Numbered from the stretch's first letter, positions 1 through 10,169 are shown. The stretch: DNA of 64,000 bases from an uncultured Verrucomicrobiae bacterium (GCA_963772365.1 CAVYXA010000001.1:384001-448000); one strand, 5' to 3'. Program-made: numbers and translations. Notes: generated by a model from the letters alone, not told the origin.

Positions 1-948
1 GTTACACGCAAACTTGTAACGACTTTTCTCCTCTTTGTGACGCTCACGGGCAGCGTGCGCCTGGCCGAATGCGCGCAGGCATTGATCATCGTGGATACTC
101 AAACCGGTTATGTGCTTAGTTCCGAAGCACCGCGGGACAAGCGGCAAATTGGCAGCCTGACCAAGATCGCCACGGCCATGGTCGTTTTGGATTGGGCAGA
201 GCGGAACGGAGGGGATATCGGCCAAATCGCTACAGTTCCGCAGGAGGCGTTCATCGGAGCTACCGAGAACCCCATTGGTTTTCAACCCGGCGATCGGATC
301 AACTTGCGCGATCTGCTCTACGCGGCCTTGGTTCAATCGGACAACATCGCCGCGAACACACTGGCGAACCACGTCGGCTCCACTTTGCAATCACTCGTCC
401 CGGCTAAATCTGGCAAGGTGACGCCTACGATCGCATTCGTCGGTCAAATGAATGCCCTTGCTGGGAAGTTGAAAATGGAACGCACCCGGTTCGTAAACCC
501 GAGCGGAATCGATTACCAGGTCAAGCCGTTGCCTTTTTCGAGCGCCGAAGACATGGCGCGGCTAACTCGCTACGCAATGGAAAAGGCAAGCTTTCGGTTT
601 TATGTATCGCAAAAGGAACGCCTCATTTCATTTCAGCGCGGGCCGCGCACTTTGCGCTACATGCTAAGAAATACAAATACGCTGGTTGGCAGCAATGGCA
701 TCGATGGTGTTAAAACGGGCAGCACGGCCCGGGCAGGCGATTGTCTCATTCTTTCGGCGACGCGCGAGCCTGAGGTCCATAAGATCGACGAGGACCACGC
801 TACCGTTTTTCCGCGGCGTCTTATCATTGTTTTGCTCGGGAGCGGCAACCGCTTCGGTGAAGGCGCTGCAATGGTTCAGCGCGGCTGGCAGCTTTATGAG
901 CAATGGGCTGCTGCAGGTCGGCCGGTCGATCCAGAAAAGCAGCTCTAA
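1..948 (+). CDS. D-alanyl-D-alanine carboxypeptidase (peptidase S11), probably 5'-truncated by the window
   Basis: SxxK (SLTK), SxN (SDN) and KTG motifs; frame open from base 1 with a signal-peptide-like stretch (ORF track start 37). Confidence 0.85.
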   Translation, partial: VTRKLVTTFLLFVTLTGSVRLAECAQALIIVDTQTGYVLSSEAPRDKRQIGSLTKIATAMVVLDWAERNGGDIGQIATVPQEAFIGATENPIGFQPGDRINLRDLLYAALVQSDNIAANTLANHVGSTLQSLVPAKSGKVTPTIAFVGQMNALAGKLKMERTRFVNPSGIDYQVKPLPFSSAEDMARLTRYAMEKASFRFYVSQKERLISFQRGPRTLRYMLRNTNTLVGSNGIDGVKTGSTARAGDCLILSATREPEVHKIDEDHATVFPRRLIIVLLGSGNRFGEGAAMVQRGWQLYEQWAAAGRPVDPEKQL

Positions 949-962
949 CGGTTTCCAATGAA

Positions 963-2039
963 ATGAGGCCACGGATTGGTGTTCTGACCAGCGGGGGCGA
1001 TTGCCCGGGTCTTAATGCCGTCCTGCGCGGGGTCGTCTTGGCTTCGGAAAAGCTGGGTTGGGAAGTGGTGGGATTTCGCGACGGGTTCGAAGGTCTGCTG
1101 CCGCCGGGCGATCACGTTATTCTCGATCATCGAAACACGACCGGCATCATGGCCCTGGGCGGCACTATTATCGGCACGACCAATCGAGGTCATTTCGTCG
1201 CCAAAGTCGGAGCGGGCGATCGGACGGTCGTGCCTGCCAATGTCATTGCCGGCGCCAGGAAAATTCTGACCGATCTCAATGTGAAAGCATTGATCATTGT
1301 CGGAGGTGATGGCTCAATGAACACCGCTCAACAGTTACAGGAAGCGGGGATCAATTGCATCGGAGTGCCGAAGACGATCGACAACGATCTGGAGGCTACC
1401 GCCGTCACGTTCGGGTTCGATTCTGCTGTCGATGTTGTTATGGACGCACTCGATCGCCTTCACACGACTGCCATGAGCCACAAGCGCGTGATGGTGGTGG
1501 AAGTGATGGGACGACATGCTGGCTGGATCGCACTCCACGGCGGCATCGCCGGTGGCGCCGATATCATCCTCATTCCCGAAATCCCGTTCGACTACGGCAA
1601 GATTGCCGACGTTATCAAAGCTCGCGATATGGCCGGTTATCTTGGAACGGTTGTGGTCGTTGCCGAAGGCGCTCGGCCACGCAACGGCCAACAGGTCAAA
1701 CGCGATGTCGAAGGCGGTGAATTCAAGCTGGGTGGCATAGGCGAAATCGTCGCTCGCGAAATTGCCCAACGCACCGGCAAAGAAACGCGTTGTTGTGTGC
1801 TTGGGCACTTGCAGCGTGGAGGAGCGCCTACGACGTTGGACCGAATTCTCGCCACGCGATTCGGAGTGAAAGCCGTGCAATTGGCTAACGAAGGCCATTT
1901 TGGATCAATGGTGAGCTACCAAAGTTATCAGGTCCGCCACGTGCCAATCGCCGACGCCGTCAACCGACTCCGTCTCGTTCCGCCGAACGGCGAGCTCGTC
2001 CAAACCGCGCGCGACGTCGATATTTCTTTCGGCGACTAG
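963..2039 (+). CDS. pfkA: 6-phosphofructokinase (group III-like)
   Basis: TSGGDCPGLN, GGDGS, PKTIDND, EVMGRHAGW, LGHLQRGG motifs; ATG at 963. Confidence 0.95.
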   Translation: MRPRIGVLTSGGDCPGLNAVLRGVVLASEKLGWEVVGFRDGFEGLLPPGDHVILDHRNTTGIMALGGTIIGTTNRGHFVAKVGAGDRTVVPANVIAGARKILTDLNVKALIIVGGDGSMNTAQQLQEAGINCIGVPKTIDNDLEATAVTFGFDSAVDVVMDALDRLHTTAMSHKRVMVVEVMGRHAGWIALHGGIAGGADIILIPEIPFDYGKIADVIKARDMAGYLGTVVVVAEGARPRNGQQVKRDVEGGEFKLGGIGEIVAREIAQRTGKETRCCVLGHLQRGGAPTTLDRILATRFGVKAVQLANEGHFGSMVSYQSYQVRHVPIADAVNRLRLVPPNGELVQTARDVDISFGD

Positions 2040-2047
2040 CCCCAGGC

Positions 2048-2122
2048 TGTAGCGTGCGCTCTCCTCAGCGCAGAACTCGCTCGGCAATGTCGAGGATCCG
2101 CTGAGGACAGCGGACACTACAG
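2048..2122. repeat. REP-like GTAG...CTAC palindrome
   Basis: tgtagcgtgcgctctcctcagcg...cgctgaggacagcggacactaca; second copy at ~9556-9632. Confidence 0.75.
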
Positions 2123-2189
2123 CATCGGCCTGAGGCGGTAACCGGCCAGATGCGGCATTGAAACGAGTACGATAATGTGCAGCCGCTCT

Positions 2190-3137
2190 ATGACTCAAAT
2201 TGCTGCGCGTGTACAAAGCACCGATTCGGTGCTGATGATCCGCCCGAGCCGATTCTATCCGAATCCGGAAACGGCGAAGGATAATGCATTCCAATCCCGC
2301 AGTCACCGGACCGATCGCAGCTCAGATGCGTTGACGCTGGCGGCGAGAAAGGAATTCGACGCAGCCGTGCACACCTTGCGCGCGGCTGGCGTGAACGCGC
2401 ATGTTTTTGAAGATACAACTGAGCCGGAAAAGCCCGACGCCGTTTTCCCCAACAACTGGATCTCGATGTTTCACGATGGGCGCATCGCTCTTTTTCCAAT
2501 GTATTCAGCCTTGCGACGGCGCGAACGTCGGCGGGACATTATCGAGGAGCTGCGTGAGCACTACCGGATTACGGACGTGATCGACTACTCGGCGTTCGAA
2601 AATGAAGGTTCCTATCTGGAAGGCACAGGCAGTCTGGTGCTTGATCACCTGAACAAAATCGCCTACGCCTCGATCTCAAATCGCTCCGATCCGAAGGTAA
2701 TCCGACGCTTTGCCGATGATTTCGGCTACGAACCGATCACCTTCACCAGCATCGGCCTGAATGGCCAGCCGATCTATCACACCAATGTGATGATGTGTAT
2801 CGGAACCGGTTTTGCGATGATTGGTCTGGAAATGATTCCCGACAAAGCCGAGCGGCAAAACGTGCGTGGGCGTTTGGAGAAGACCGGAAAAGAGATCGTT
2901 GAGCTATCGGAAGATCAGATCGCGAACTTCGCCGGCAATGCCATTGAACTACACAACGCCGCTGGCGAGAAACTGCTCGTGCTTTCCAGTCGCGCCGCTC
3001 GAGCGTTGAGTGAGAAACAACGCGAAACATTGAGCGGTCACGCGCGACTCGTACGACTTGAACTCCCAACCATCGAACTCGCCGGTGGCAGCGCGCGCTG
3101 CATGATCACGACGATTCACCTGCCGCCGCGACTGTAA
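2190..3137 (+). CDS. amidinotransferase/arginine deiminase superfamily protein (citrulline-utilisation hydrolase CtlX-like)
   Basis: PDAVFPNNW, LEGTGS, YHTNVM and C-terminal GGSARC motifs. Confidence 0.88.
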   Translation: MTQIAARVQSTDSVLMIRPSRFYPNPETAKDNAFQSRSHRTDRSSDALTLAARKEFDAAVHTLRAAGVNAHVFEDTTEPEKPDAVFPNNWISMFHDGRIALFPMYSALRRRERRRDIIEELREHYRITDVIDYSAFENEGSYLEGTGSLVLDHLNKIAYASISNRSDPKVIRRFADDFGYEPITFTSIGLNGQPIYHTNVMMCIGTGFAMIGLEMIPDKAERQNVRGRLEKTGKEIVELSEDQIANFAGNAIELHNAAGEKLLVLSSRAARALSEKQRETLSGHARLVRLELPTIELAGGSARCMITTIHLPPRL

Positions 3138-3188
3138 CATCTATCGAAGGAATCGACGTGAGCACACGCGCGCGCACGCGGTCAATCT

Positions 3189-3235
3189 GGGTAGCGCACG
3201 CGTCACGCGTGCTGGTTTCGGAGTCGCGCCGAAAC
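3189..3235. repeat. GGGTAGCGCACGCG-type palindromic repeat
   Basis: related copies at ~6798-6869 (reverse), ~15152-15207 and inside metH ~48687-48723. Confidence 0.75.
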
Positions 3236-3418
3236 TGTCTTTTCGCCTGCTGGTCTTTTTTCCGCGCAACAGAGCTTAACTAAGTCCTCGGCCGCCGCCC
3301 GCGCGCCTTCGATTCCCTCGCCATGCGTAGTCAGCCCTAACGCCGGGAGGTGCGCATAATAAGAACCGGACGGCAGTTCGCCATTCTCAATTTTTTCAAG
3401 GAGAATGCCGGAAGTCAT
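3203..3418 (-). CDS. HicB-family antitoxin (short; C-terminus runs into a repeat)
   Basis: YYAHLPALGLTTHGEGIEGARAAAEDLV matches the HicB pattern. Confidence 0.7.
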   Translation of the reverse strand: MTSGILLEKIENGELPSGSYYAHLPALGLTTHGEGIEGARAAAEDLVKLCCAEKRPAGEKTVSARLRNQHA

Positions 3419-3437
3419 CGGGCGCCACCTTGGTGCA

Positions 3438-3656
3438 CTAGCCAGAAGTCGCGGTACCAACGTTCTCCAAGACAACCTTCCGCAGCGTTTCCCCGGTGCC
3501 GAACCGTCGCACTGCATCGAGAATCTCGATGCCCGCCAGATGTCCATCGGCATCGAATTCAAGAGCGACACCTTCGCCCACTTCCTTCGTCGTGACGGTC
3601 GTTTCCTTGAAAGTGATGCTCATCGCATCGCATTCTTCATCGTAGCTGATTTTCAT
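3438..3656 (-). CDS. DUF2283-family putative antitoxin
   Basis: MKISYDEECDAMSI...EFDADGHLAGIEILDA. Confidence 0.85.
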   Translation of the reverse strand: MKISYDEECDAMSITFKETTVTTKEVGEGVALEFDADGHLAGIEILDAVRRFGTGETLRKVVLENVGTATSG

Positions 3657-3665
3657 CGAAGGTGC

Positions 3666-3920
3666 TCAATAGTAGAACACGTAAACAGTTACGACAACTA
3701 TCTCGTCCGCCTCCTCGACAAAGATAGGACGAACAAGTTTTCGCTCATAACGCCGACCGTTCCATTCCGTGCCGAATGCGAATTCCAGCTCGCATTCAAG
3801 TCGTCCGAGTTCCGCGCTGCGCCATGACGCCGTCTGTATCGCAGTCTCAACCTCCTCGATCGTAAAGCCTCGGCGGGCGAGATAGCCGCTAGCGTGTTTG
3901 GTCAAACGAATTGGTTTCAT
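3666..3920 (-). CDS. DUF4258-family putative RelE-like toxin
   Basis: IRLTKHA...RRGFTIEEVE...EIVVVTVY; directly upstream of DUF2283. Confidence 0.8.
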   Translation of the reverse strand: MKPIRLTKHASGYLARRGFTIEEVETAIQTASWRSAELGRLECELEFAFGTEWNGRRYERKLVRPIFVEEADEIVVVTVYVFYY

Positions 3921-4002
3921 ATGCGGAGGATCGCGATATGCGTGTAAAACATCTACGCTACTTAAATTGCGACCAATTTTGTGGGCACAAGCTAAATAGA
4001 TT

Positions 4003-4923
4003 CTATTTGGGAGAGAGCTGTGACGCTTTCCGCTGCTGTGCTTTGGTTTGCCAGCTTAAAGGAAAAAATGTGTTTGGTTCTGTATATCGCGATCGTGCTC
4101 GGATGGCTGCCAATGCGTGCCTACGTTCCTCGTACCATTTCCGGTTTTCATACAGGTGCCATGCGTCCGGAAGCTTCAGGCGAATCTCCGCCAGCGTGAA
4201 GTGATGAAGAAGACGCATCATTCCTATGCGTTCGAGTGCCACAAGCATATCCCGATTCTTGCGTCCGCGAGCATTCCATCTCGAAACTTTGGGTGGAGCG
4301 CACGTTTCAAGAATTCTCCCGATAGCCGAGAGAATGCGCTTTGTACTCAGCCGCCAATTGATCGTGAGAAGAATAGTGGTGTAATCAGAATAATGAAATT
4401 TTAGCGGAAGCCCTGGATCTATCCTACTCCGCTTGAAATGACCGATCGCATCCCACCAGGAGCCGACATGGACTACATTTTCGAGCCGAGACTTTTCGAG
4501 AATTGAGACTCCTTGTTCTCTTTGCGATCGTGGAAGGCGGAGCCACGGTTGGCTCCAGTTGAGTAACACTGGCCGAAGCTGCTTTGCGCGCCATCGATTA
4601 AATTCTAGGCGCCGCTTGGCTAAGCCCCACTTGTGCAGGAGATGAAAATCGCGGGTCGATATAAAATCCGAAAATACGACGCTAACTTGAAAAGCTGCCT
4701 TTTCAGCGTCGCTGAAATTGAGATTTCGTCCTTTCAAAATTCGTCTCTGCGCAGGCGATAATCGCGGTTTACGTATGGATAACTGACCAGTAAGCCACAG
4801 TCTCGCTTTAGCCGCTATTTCGTGAACATCCGGGCATTCACGCAGGATTTCCCATGCAAGTGCCGCTCTCAATTCCTTGGTGGGGAGTTCTGAAAAATCC
4901 CAATCCTCGCGAACGAGCTGCAT
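4003..4923 (-). CDS. hypothetical protein (basic, Trp/Arg-rich)
   Basis: 306-aa ORF starting 12 nt after the MTase stop; N-terminal DWDFS...LAWEILRE motif. Confidence 0.6.
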   Translation of the reverse strand: MQLVREDWDFSELPTKELRAALAWEILRECPDVHEIAAKARLWLTGQLSIRKPRLSPAQRRILKGRNLNFSDAEKAAFQVSVVFSDFISTRDFHLLHKWGLAKRRLEFNRWRAKQLRPVLLNWSQPWLRLPRSQREQGVSILEKSRLENVVHVGSWWDAIGHFKRSRIDPGLPLKFHYSDYTTILLTINWRLSTKRILSAIGRILETCAPPKVSRWNARGRKNRDMLVALERIGMMRLLHHFTLAEIRLKLPDAWHLYENRKWYEERRHALAAIRARSRYTEPNTFFPLSWQTKAQQRKASQLSPK

Positions 4924-4935
4924 CGTGTGTGGCGC

Positions 4936-6696
4936 TTACAACATCTCCGTTTGTTTCTCGCGCGCCGGTTCCCGCGCTGCGATCGCGAAGGGATTCAGTT
5001 GCGGTGGGGCGTCGATGCGTTCGGTGCCGTTGAGCAGGCCTTCGACAGTCAAGATTTGAATCTTTGGATAATCTTTGTCGTGCCAGAGCTTGGATGTGAA
5101 CCGGCCGGCATCGGCGGCTTCGGTGCGCATTTGTTTGCTTGGTTTTTCCAGCGTGACCAACACGCCGCCGGCAGCCTTCTGATTTTCGACATCGCCGAGC
5201 AGTGTCGCAACATCGCCGCGATTTACTCCGCCGCCTTTGACCTGCACAATGATCTTTTCGCGGTAGACCTTGTCCGTTTGTAGGGCAACCGCTCCGGTTG
5301 CCGGCTTCGTCATGCCCGTCCGGCTCGGACTGGCAGGCGATGCGCCTGCCCTACAATTTTCTGTTTCGTAGAAATAGAGCAAGCCATCGACGCCGCGATC
5401 CGCGCCTTTGCCTTCGCCTTCTTTCAACGGACGCGCGCCGATGAGTGATAACGCCCAATGTTGGAATTGGAATTTGTCCAATTCGGCGAGCCGTTTCGCG
5501 CTTTCGAAGTCGGTCGGCTGACCTTTCTCTTCGAACTCGATCTCTTCGCCGAAGGCATCTTTCAATCGTCGCTTGATCAAATTGATCGCCAGATAGGTGA
5601 TGTCGATCCCGATCCATTGTCGATCTAACTTCTGCGCTGCATGAATCGTCGTGCCGCACCCGCAAAAAGGATCGAGGACAACGTCTCCGGCATTTGTTGA
5701 AGCGCTGACAATTCTTTCAAGCAGGCTAACAGGCTTTTGTGTCGGATACCCGAGTCGCTCCTGCGCTTGGGAATTTATCGGGAAAATGTCGGTAACGATA
5801 TCCTGAATAACCGTGCCGCTGCTCAAATAACGCTTGAAGCGCGGGAATCCTCCCGTTGCGGATTTTGGCCAGTGAATCAGCCCGTGCTGATCGAGCAAAT
5901 CCAACTTCTCAATCGTCGACATTTTGGCCGCTTTCTCAGTACCCACAATTTCTTCCACTGCTTTTCGACTCACTTTCCAGTGTGAACCTTTGCTGGTCAC
6001 ATTGAAACCGCGCCACGTATCGCCGGACGATCCGCCGCGCGTACCGGGCCCTGTGAGATTGTCATCCGCCCATCGTTTGCCGTCTTTGTCTAGGTGCTTG
6101 TAACGAGCGGCGTATTCCTCGGTGTGCTCTACCAAGACGGGATTCCAAGTGTACTCGTCGGAGATAGTATAGAACAACAACGTGTCATGAACGTCGCCCC
6201 ACCGTTTTGCAGCGGAATGTGCGCTTGTTCTCTTCCAGATAATCTCATTTCGGAAATTCCGAGGGCCGAAAACTCCATCGAGCAACATTTTTAAAAAGTG
6301 ACTCGCAGTTGGATCGCAATGCAGATAAAGGCTGCCGGTTGGTTTGAGAACGCGATGAAGCTCGACGAGGCGCGGGGCCATCATCGCGAGATAAGCCATC
6401 ATCGGTGAATGTTTGAGGAAGCTATGGAGCGCTTCCATCAGCTCGATCACGGCGACGTTCGGGCAGTTGTCGATGAACTGATGATACGTGTCGGCTGCAT
6501 CGGCCCAGCTCCAGGTGTCGGTGAAGGCGTGGAATTGCGCCTGGCTTACCTGTCCGCTCGGCTCGCGAAAGAGGACGTTGTAATCCGCGTTCGAATTAAA
6601 CGGCGGATCCAAGTAGACAAGATCGACAGTCGCGTCAGGAAATTCTTTCCGGTCGGCAAGCCATTTTAGATTGTCGCCAAAATATAAGCGGTTCAT
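4936..6696 (-). CDS. N6A/N4C DNA methyltransferase fused to a C-terminal Mrr-like/PD-(D/E)xK endonuclease domain
   Basis: LYFGDNL, YLDPPFN, YPTQKP, DPFCGCGTT; C-terminal GADRGVDG...IVQVKGG. Confidence 0.9.
   Translation of the reverse strand: MNRLYFGDNLKWLADRKEFPDATVDLVYLDPPFNSNADYNVLFREPSGQVSQAQFHAFTDTWSWADAADTYHQFIDNCPNVAVIELMEALHSFLKHSPMMAYLAMMAPRLVELHRVLKPTGSLYLHCDPTASHFLKMLLDGVFGPRNFRNEIIWKRTSAHSAAKRWGDVHDTLLFYTISDEYTWNPVLVEHTEEYAARYKHLDKDGKRWADDNLTGPGTRGGSSGDTWRGFNVTSKGSHWKVSRKAVEEIVGTEKAAKMSTIEKLDLLDQHGLIHWPKSATGGFPRFKRYLSSGTVIQDIVTDIFPINSQAQERLGYPTQKPVSLLERIVSASTNAGDVVLDPFCGCGTTIHAAQKLDRQWIGIDITYLAINLIKRRLKDAFGEEIEFEEKGQPTDFESAKRLAELDKFQFQHWALSLIGARPLKEGEGKGADRGVDGLLYFYETENCRAGASPASPSRTGMTKPATGAVALQTDKVYREKIIVQVKGGGVNRGDVATLLGDVENQKAAGGVLVTLEKPSKQMRTEAADAGRFTSKLWHDKDYPKIQILTVEGLLNGTERIDAPPQLNPFAIAAREPAREKQTEML
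5279..5355. repeat. REP-like palindrome inside the MTase CDS, in frame
   Basis: tgtagggcaaccgctccggttgcc...ggcaggcgatgcgcctgccctaca, translated as CRAGASPA...GAVALQ. Confidence 0.8.
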
Positions 6697-6797
6697 GCAG
6701 GGAAACAGTGAGAGATTTCTCCACTTCGGTCGAAATGACAAGGGTCCTCCCGGAATGACAAGTAGGTGAAGCGGCACGCTGCTCGCGAAATAGGGAC

Positions 6798-6869
6798 AAA
6801 GTTCGCGATTGCGAGGGCGCAATCGGTCCGAGCCGGACTAGCGTTACACGCGAGGCGCGTGCGCTACCC
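6798..6869. repeat. GGGTAGCGCACGCG-type repeat with a nested 18-nt hairpin element (6825-6842)
   Basis: aligns with the 15152-15207 copy once ggtccgagccggactagc is removed. Confidence 0.75.
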
Positions 6870-6939
6870 TGCGATCCGGGATCGTCGATCTTATCGGCTC
6901 GACGCGTCGGTCGAAATTAGCGACGATTTGCGCTGAACG

Positions 6940-9360
6940 ATGTCTGCCGAGAACCAAATCCCTCTGGAGATTGGCCATGTCCTCTTCATCGACATTGTCG
7001 GTTATTCCAAGCTGTTGATTAACGAACAGACCGAGCAGCTCCGGAAATTACACGAGATCATTCGCAGTACCGGGCAAGTCCGCGCCGCCGAAGCGGAAGG
7101 GAAATTGCGGCGCCTTCCGACAGGCGATGGCGGTGCGCTGGTTTTTCGCAACAGCCCGGAAGCGCCAGTTTTGTGCGCGCTTGAGATTGGCGAGAAACTG
7201 AAAGCGCATCCCGAGTTAGGCGTTCGCATGGGCATCCACAGCGGACCCGTTAACGAGGTCACCGATTTGAACGAGCAGATCAACATGGCCGGAGCAGGAA
7301 TTAACATCGCCCAGCGAGTGATGGATTGTGGAGACGCCGGCCACATCCTGCTCTCGAAACGTGTGGCGGATGATCTGGAGGCTTACCCGCAATGGCGGCC
7401 TTTCCTGCATGATGTCGGCGAGATCGTGGTCAAGCACGATCTTCGAATTTCCATTTTTAATCTTTACGGCAACGGGCTGGGCAATTCGTCGCTTCCGCTC
7501 AAACTCCAAGCGGCGGAACGGGATCGAGTCGGTTTGGCCGGGTCTGGGAGTTGGCTGAAACTTGCTCTTCTGTTGCTGGCCGCAGGGGCGCTGCTCATTC
7601 CACTGGCGATCTTTGCGCCGGCCATTTTGCATTCACTTCATCAGCCGACGCAGAGTACGGCACAGCCTAACAACAAGACGGCGGTAGTATCCGTTCCAGA
7701 CAAGAGCATTGCTGTTCTGCCGTTCGAGAACCTGAGCGACGATAAACAAAATGCATATTTCGCTGACGGCGTGCAGGACGAGATCCTGACTAATCTCGCC
7801 CGGATTGCCGATCTAAAGGTGATCAGCCGAACGAGTGTCATGCAATACAAAGCCGGAGCGCCGCGTGCCGCGCGCCAAATCGGAAAGGAGCTCGGCGCGG
7901 CGCATTTGTTAGAAGGCAGTGTGCAGCGGGCCGCTGGGAAAGTGCGAGTAAACGTGCAATTGATCGACGCTCGCGATGATCGGCATGAATGGGCGCAGGT
8001 TTATGATCGAGCACTTGACGATGTATTCGCGATCCAAAGCGAGATTGCGGGAGCTATTGCAGATCAGCTCGGCGCTAAATTGTCTCCAACGGAGAAACGC
8101 GCCATCGAACAGCCGCCAACGCGCGATTTGGCAGCCTACGAACTGTATCTGCGCGCGTTGACGCTTTTTGCGGACAGCACAAACCAGTTTCGCGCCGCCG
8201 AGAAACTGCCGGAGGCGGCACATCTTCTTGATGAGGCCGTCGCCCGCGATCCGACATTTCTGCTGGCCTGGTGCCGGCTGTCGCGGGTGCACAGTCTCAT
8301 CTACTGGCAGGGACACGATCATACTCCGGCAAGACTCGATCTTGCGCGCGTCGCGGCGCAGAATGCGTTGACTGTCGATCCTGATTCCGGAGAAGCGCAT
8401 CTCGCGCTGGCCGATTATTATTATCACGGCTTCCGAGATTATTCGCGGGCATACAACGAATTGGAAGTGGCCGGGCGGACTCTTCCGAACAGCGCCGAAC
8501 TTTTCGAATACCGGGGTTACATCGGCCGGCGACAAGGTCGCTGGCAGGAAGCGACCCAAAGCCTCGAGCGCGCGCTGGAACTGGACCCGCGCAACTTCTT
8601 TGTCCTGCAACAACTCGCTCTGGCCTACGAAGCGCAACGCCGTTATTCCGATCAAGCAAAAGCGTACACCCGCGCGCTGACGATCATTCCCGGCGATCCG
8701 GCAACGCGTATTTATCGCGCCGAAGTGGATCTGGCGGCGCGCGCCGACATCAGGCCTTTTCAGCAGACGCTCGCCGAGCTGATTGCGGAAAATCCGAGCG
8801 TGGCGCCGGATGTCGATGATCCTCGCTATGCGCTTTGCGAGCGCGACCTCGTGGCGGGTGAGCGCGCGTTGAAGAATTATCCAAAAGAAGGCTTGGTCGT
8901 TAACGGCGTGAATTATCCGGCTGCGTATTGGGAGGGTGTGATTGCGCGTTCCTTTGGCAATTCGGAGCGTGCGATTGCCGCATTTACGGCCGCTCGCAAA
9001 GAGGTAGGCGAAATCGCCGCTAAGCAACCGGACTTTGCCGCCGCGCTCAGCTTGCTCGGCTTGATCGATGCCGGACTTGGCAAACAGGAGGATGCGCTTC
9101 GCGAAAGCCGGCGCGCGTGCGAATTGCTTCCCATGTCGCAGGACGCGATCGATGGAGTCGCCCTGGTAGTTAATCTCGCTCAGATCTACGCGTGGTGCGG
9201 CGAAAAAGATCTCGCGATTGAACAGATTGCAAAAGTAGAGGCTGTTCCAAATTACCTGAGCTACGGCCTTCTCAAACTCCAGCCAATCTGGGATTCGCTG
9301 CGCGGCGATCAGCGCTTCGAAAAACTCGTTTCCAAAGCCAAGCAAAAGGAAAAGCTCTAG
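6940..9360 (+). CDS. class III adenylate/guanylate cyclase - TM - TolB-N-like - TPR protein
   Basis: FIDIVGYS, TGDG, GIHSGPV, GAGINIAQR; SIAVLPFENLS; TPR-like helical repeats. Confidence 0.9.
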   Translation: MSAENQIPLEIGHVLFIDIVGYSKLLINEQTEQLRKLHEIIRSTGQVRAAEAEGKLRRLPTGDGGALVFRNSPEAPVLCALEIGEKLKAHPELGVRMGIHSGPVNEVTDLNEQINMAGAGINIAQRVMDCGDAGHILLSKRVADDLEAYPQWRPFLHDVGEIVVKHDLRISIFNLYGNGLGNSSLPLKLQAAERDRVGLAGSGSWLKLALLLLAAGALLIPLAIFAPAILHSLHQPTQSTAQPNNKTAVVSVPDKSIAVLPFENLSDDKQNAYFADGVQDEILTNLARIADLKVISRTSVMQYKAGAPRAARQIGKELGAAHLLEGSVQRAAGKVRVNVQLIDARDDRHEWAQVYDRALDDVFAIQSEIAGAIADQLGAKLSPTEKRAIEQPPTRDLAAYELYLRALTLFADSTNQFRAAEKLPEAAHLLDEAVARDPTFLLAWCRLSRVHSLIYWQGHDHTPARLDLARVAAQNALTVDPDSGEAHLALADYYYHGFRDYSRAYNELEVAGRTLPNSAELFEYRGYIGRRQGRWQEATQSLERALELDPRNFFVLQQLALAYEAQRRYSDQAKAYTRALTIIPGDPATRIYRAEVDLAARADIRPFQQTLAELIAENPSVAPDVDDPRYALCERDLVAGERALKNYPKEGLVVNGVNYPAAYWEGVIARSFGNSERAIAAFTAARKEVGEIAAKQPDFAAALSLLGLIDAGLGKQEDALRESRRACELLPMSQDAIDGVALVVNLAQIYAWCGEKDLAIEQIAKVEAVPNYLSYGLLKLQPIWDSLRGDQRFEKLVSKAKQKEKL

Positions 9361-9421
9361 CTGCCGGCTTGGAGTCTTCGATGCACGGCGCCACCATCGC
9401 CAGATACGCCATCCACGGTGA
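9361..9421 (-). pseudogene. DNA methyltransferase relic
   Basis: translates SPWMAYLAMVAP versus SPMMAYLAMMAP in the MTase at ~6370-6410. Confidence 0.65.
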
Positions 9422-9735
9422 GCTACCAGAATTATCAAGTCCGCCACGTCCCAATCGCAGATGCCGTCAACCGCCTCCGCCTCGTTCCGCCGAACGGCGA
9501 GCTCGTCCAAACCGCGCGCGACGTCGATATTTCTTTCGGCGACTAGTCCCAGGGCTGTAGCGTGCGCTCTCCTCAGCGCAGTACCTCGCTCGGCAATGTC
9601 GAAGATCCGGCTGAGGACAGCGGACACTACAGCATCGCTCTGTGGCGGTAACCGGCCAGATGCGGCATTGAAACGAGTACGATAATGTGCGGCTCCTCTA
9701 TGACTCAAGTTGCTGCGCCCGTTCAAAGCACCGAT
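9417..9735 (+). repeat. diverged direct duplicate of ~1910-2225 (pfkA 3' end + REP + ctlX-like start)
   Basis: long collinear nucleotide match with scattered substitutions. Confidence 0.95.
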
Positions 9736-9777
9736 ATCCATTGGATAGCGGGCATCAAAAGCCTTAAGATCAACCGT

Positions 9778-10037
9778 ATGAAAATATCCCGTGAAGATGT
9801 GGCGACAAAACTGCGCGCGTATCTTTGTCACGAGCTTCCGTTGACGGACGTTGTCGATTGAGCCGAGCGGGCGATGTATGACGGCGAATTCGACAACGAC
9901 CATTTCGATGCGATTCGCGACGCCGTGCCAAACTGGGATTGGCCGATGTCAAAGCGTTCGGACTGACATTGGAAGATTGTGAAACTCTCTTAAACCGCCT
10001 CGGCTATTCCATGCGAGTGGATGTCATCAACGCCTGA
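9778..10037 (+). pseudogene. small hypothetical protein pseudogene (possibly TA-associated)
   Basis: MKISREDVATKLRAYL...VD*AERAM...[frameshift]KLGLADVKAFGLTLEDCETLLNRLGY; internal TGA and one frameshift. Confidence 0.6.
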
Positions 10038-10169
10038 GGGCGGATGCCACTGGAAAGATGTGAAGCGGAAAAAAAGCCCAAAAACTCGCGACTAAAGAGG
10101 ATTATATAAGCGGAGGAGAGCCTCTCTCGCTCGTCCGGTATCGACTTTGCATCGGGGCCCACGGCAGAG

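Noticed and set aside
7909..9903. 664-aa minus-strand ORF
   Set aside because: Antisense shadow of the cyclase-TPR gene and the duplicated segment; no recognisable motifs.
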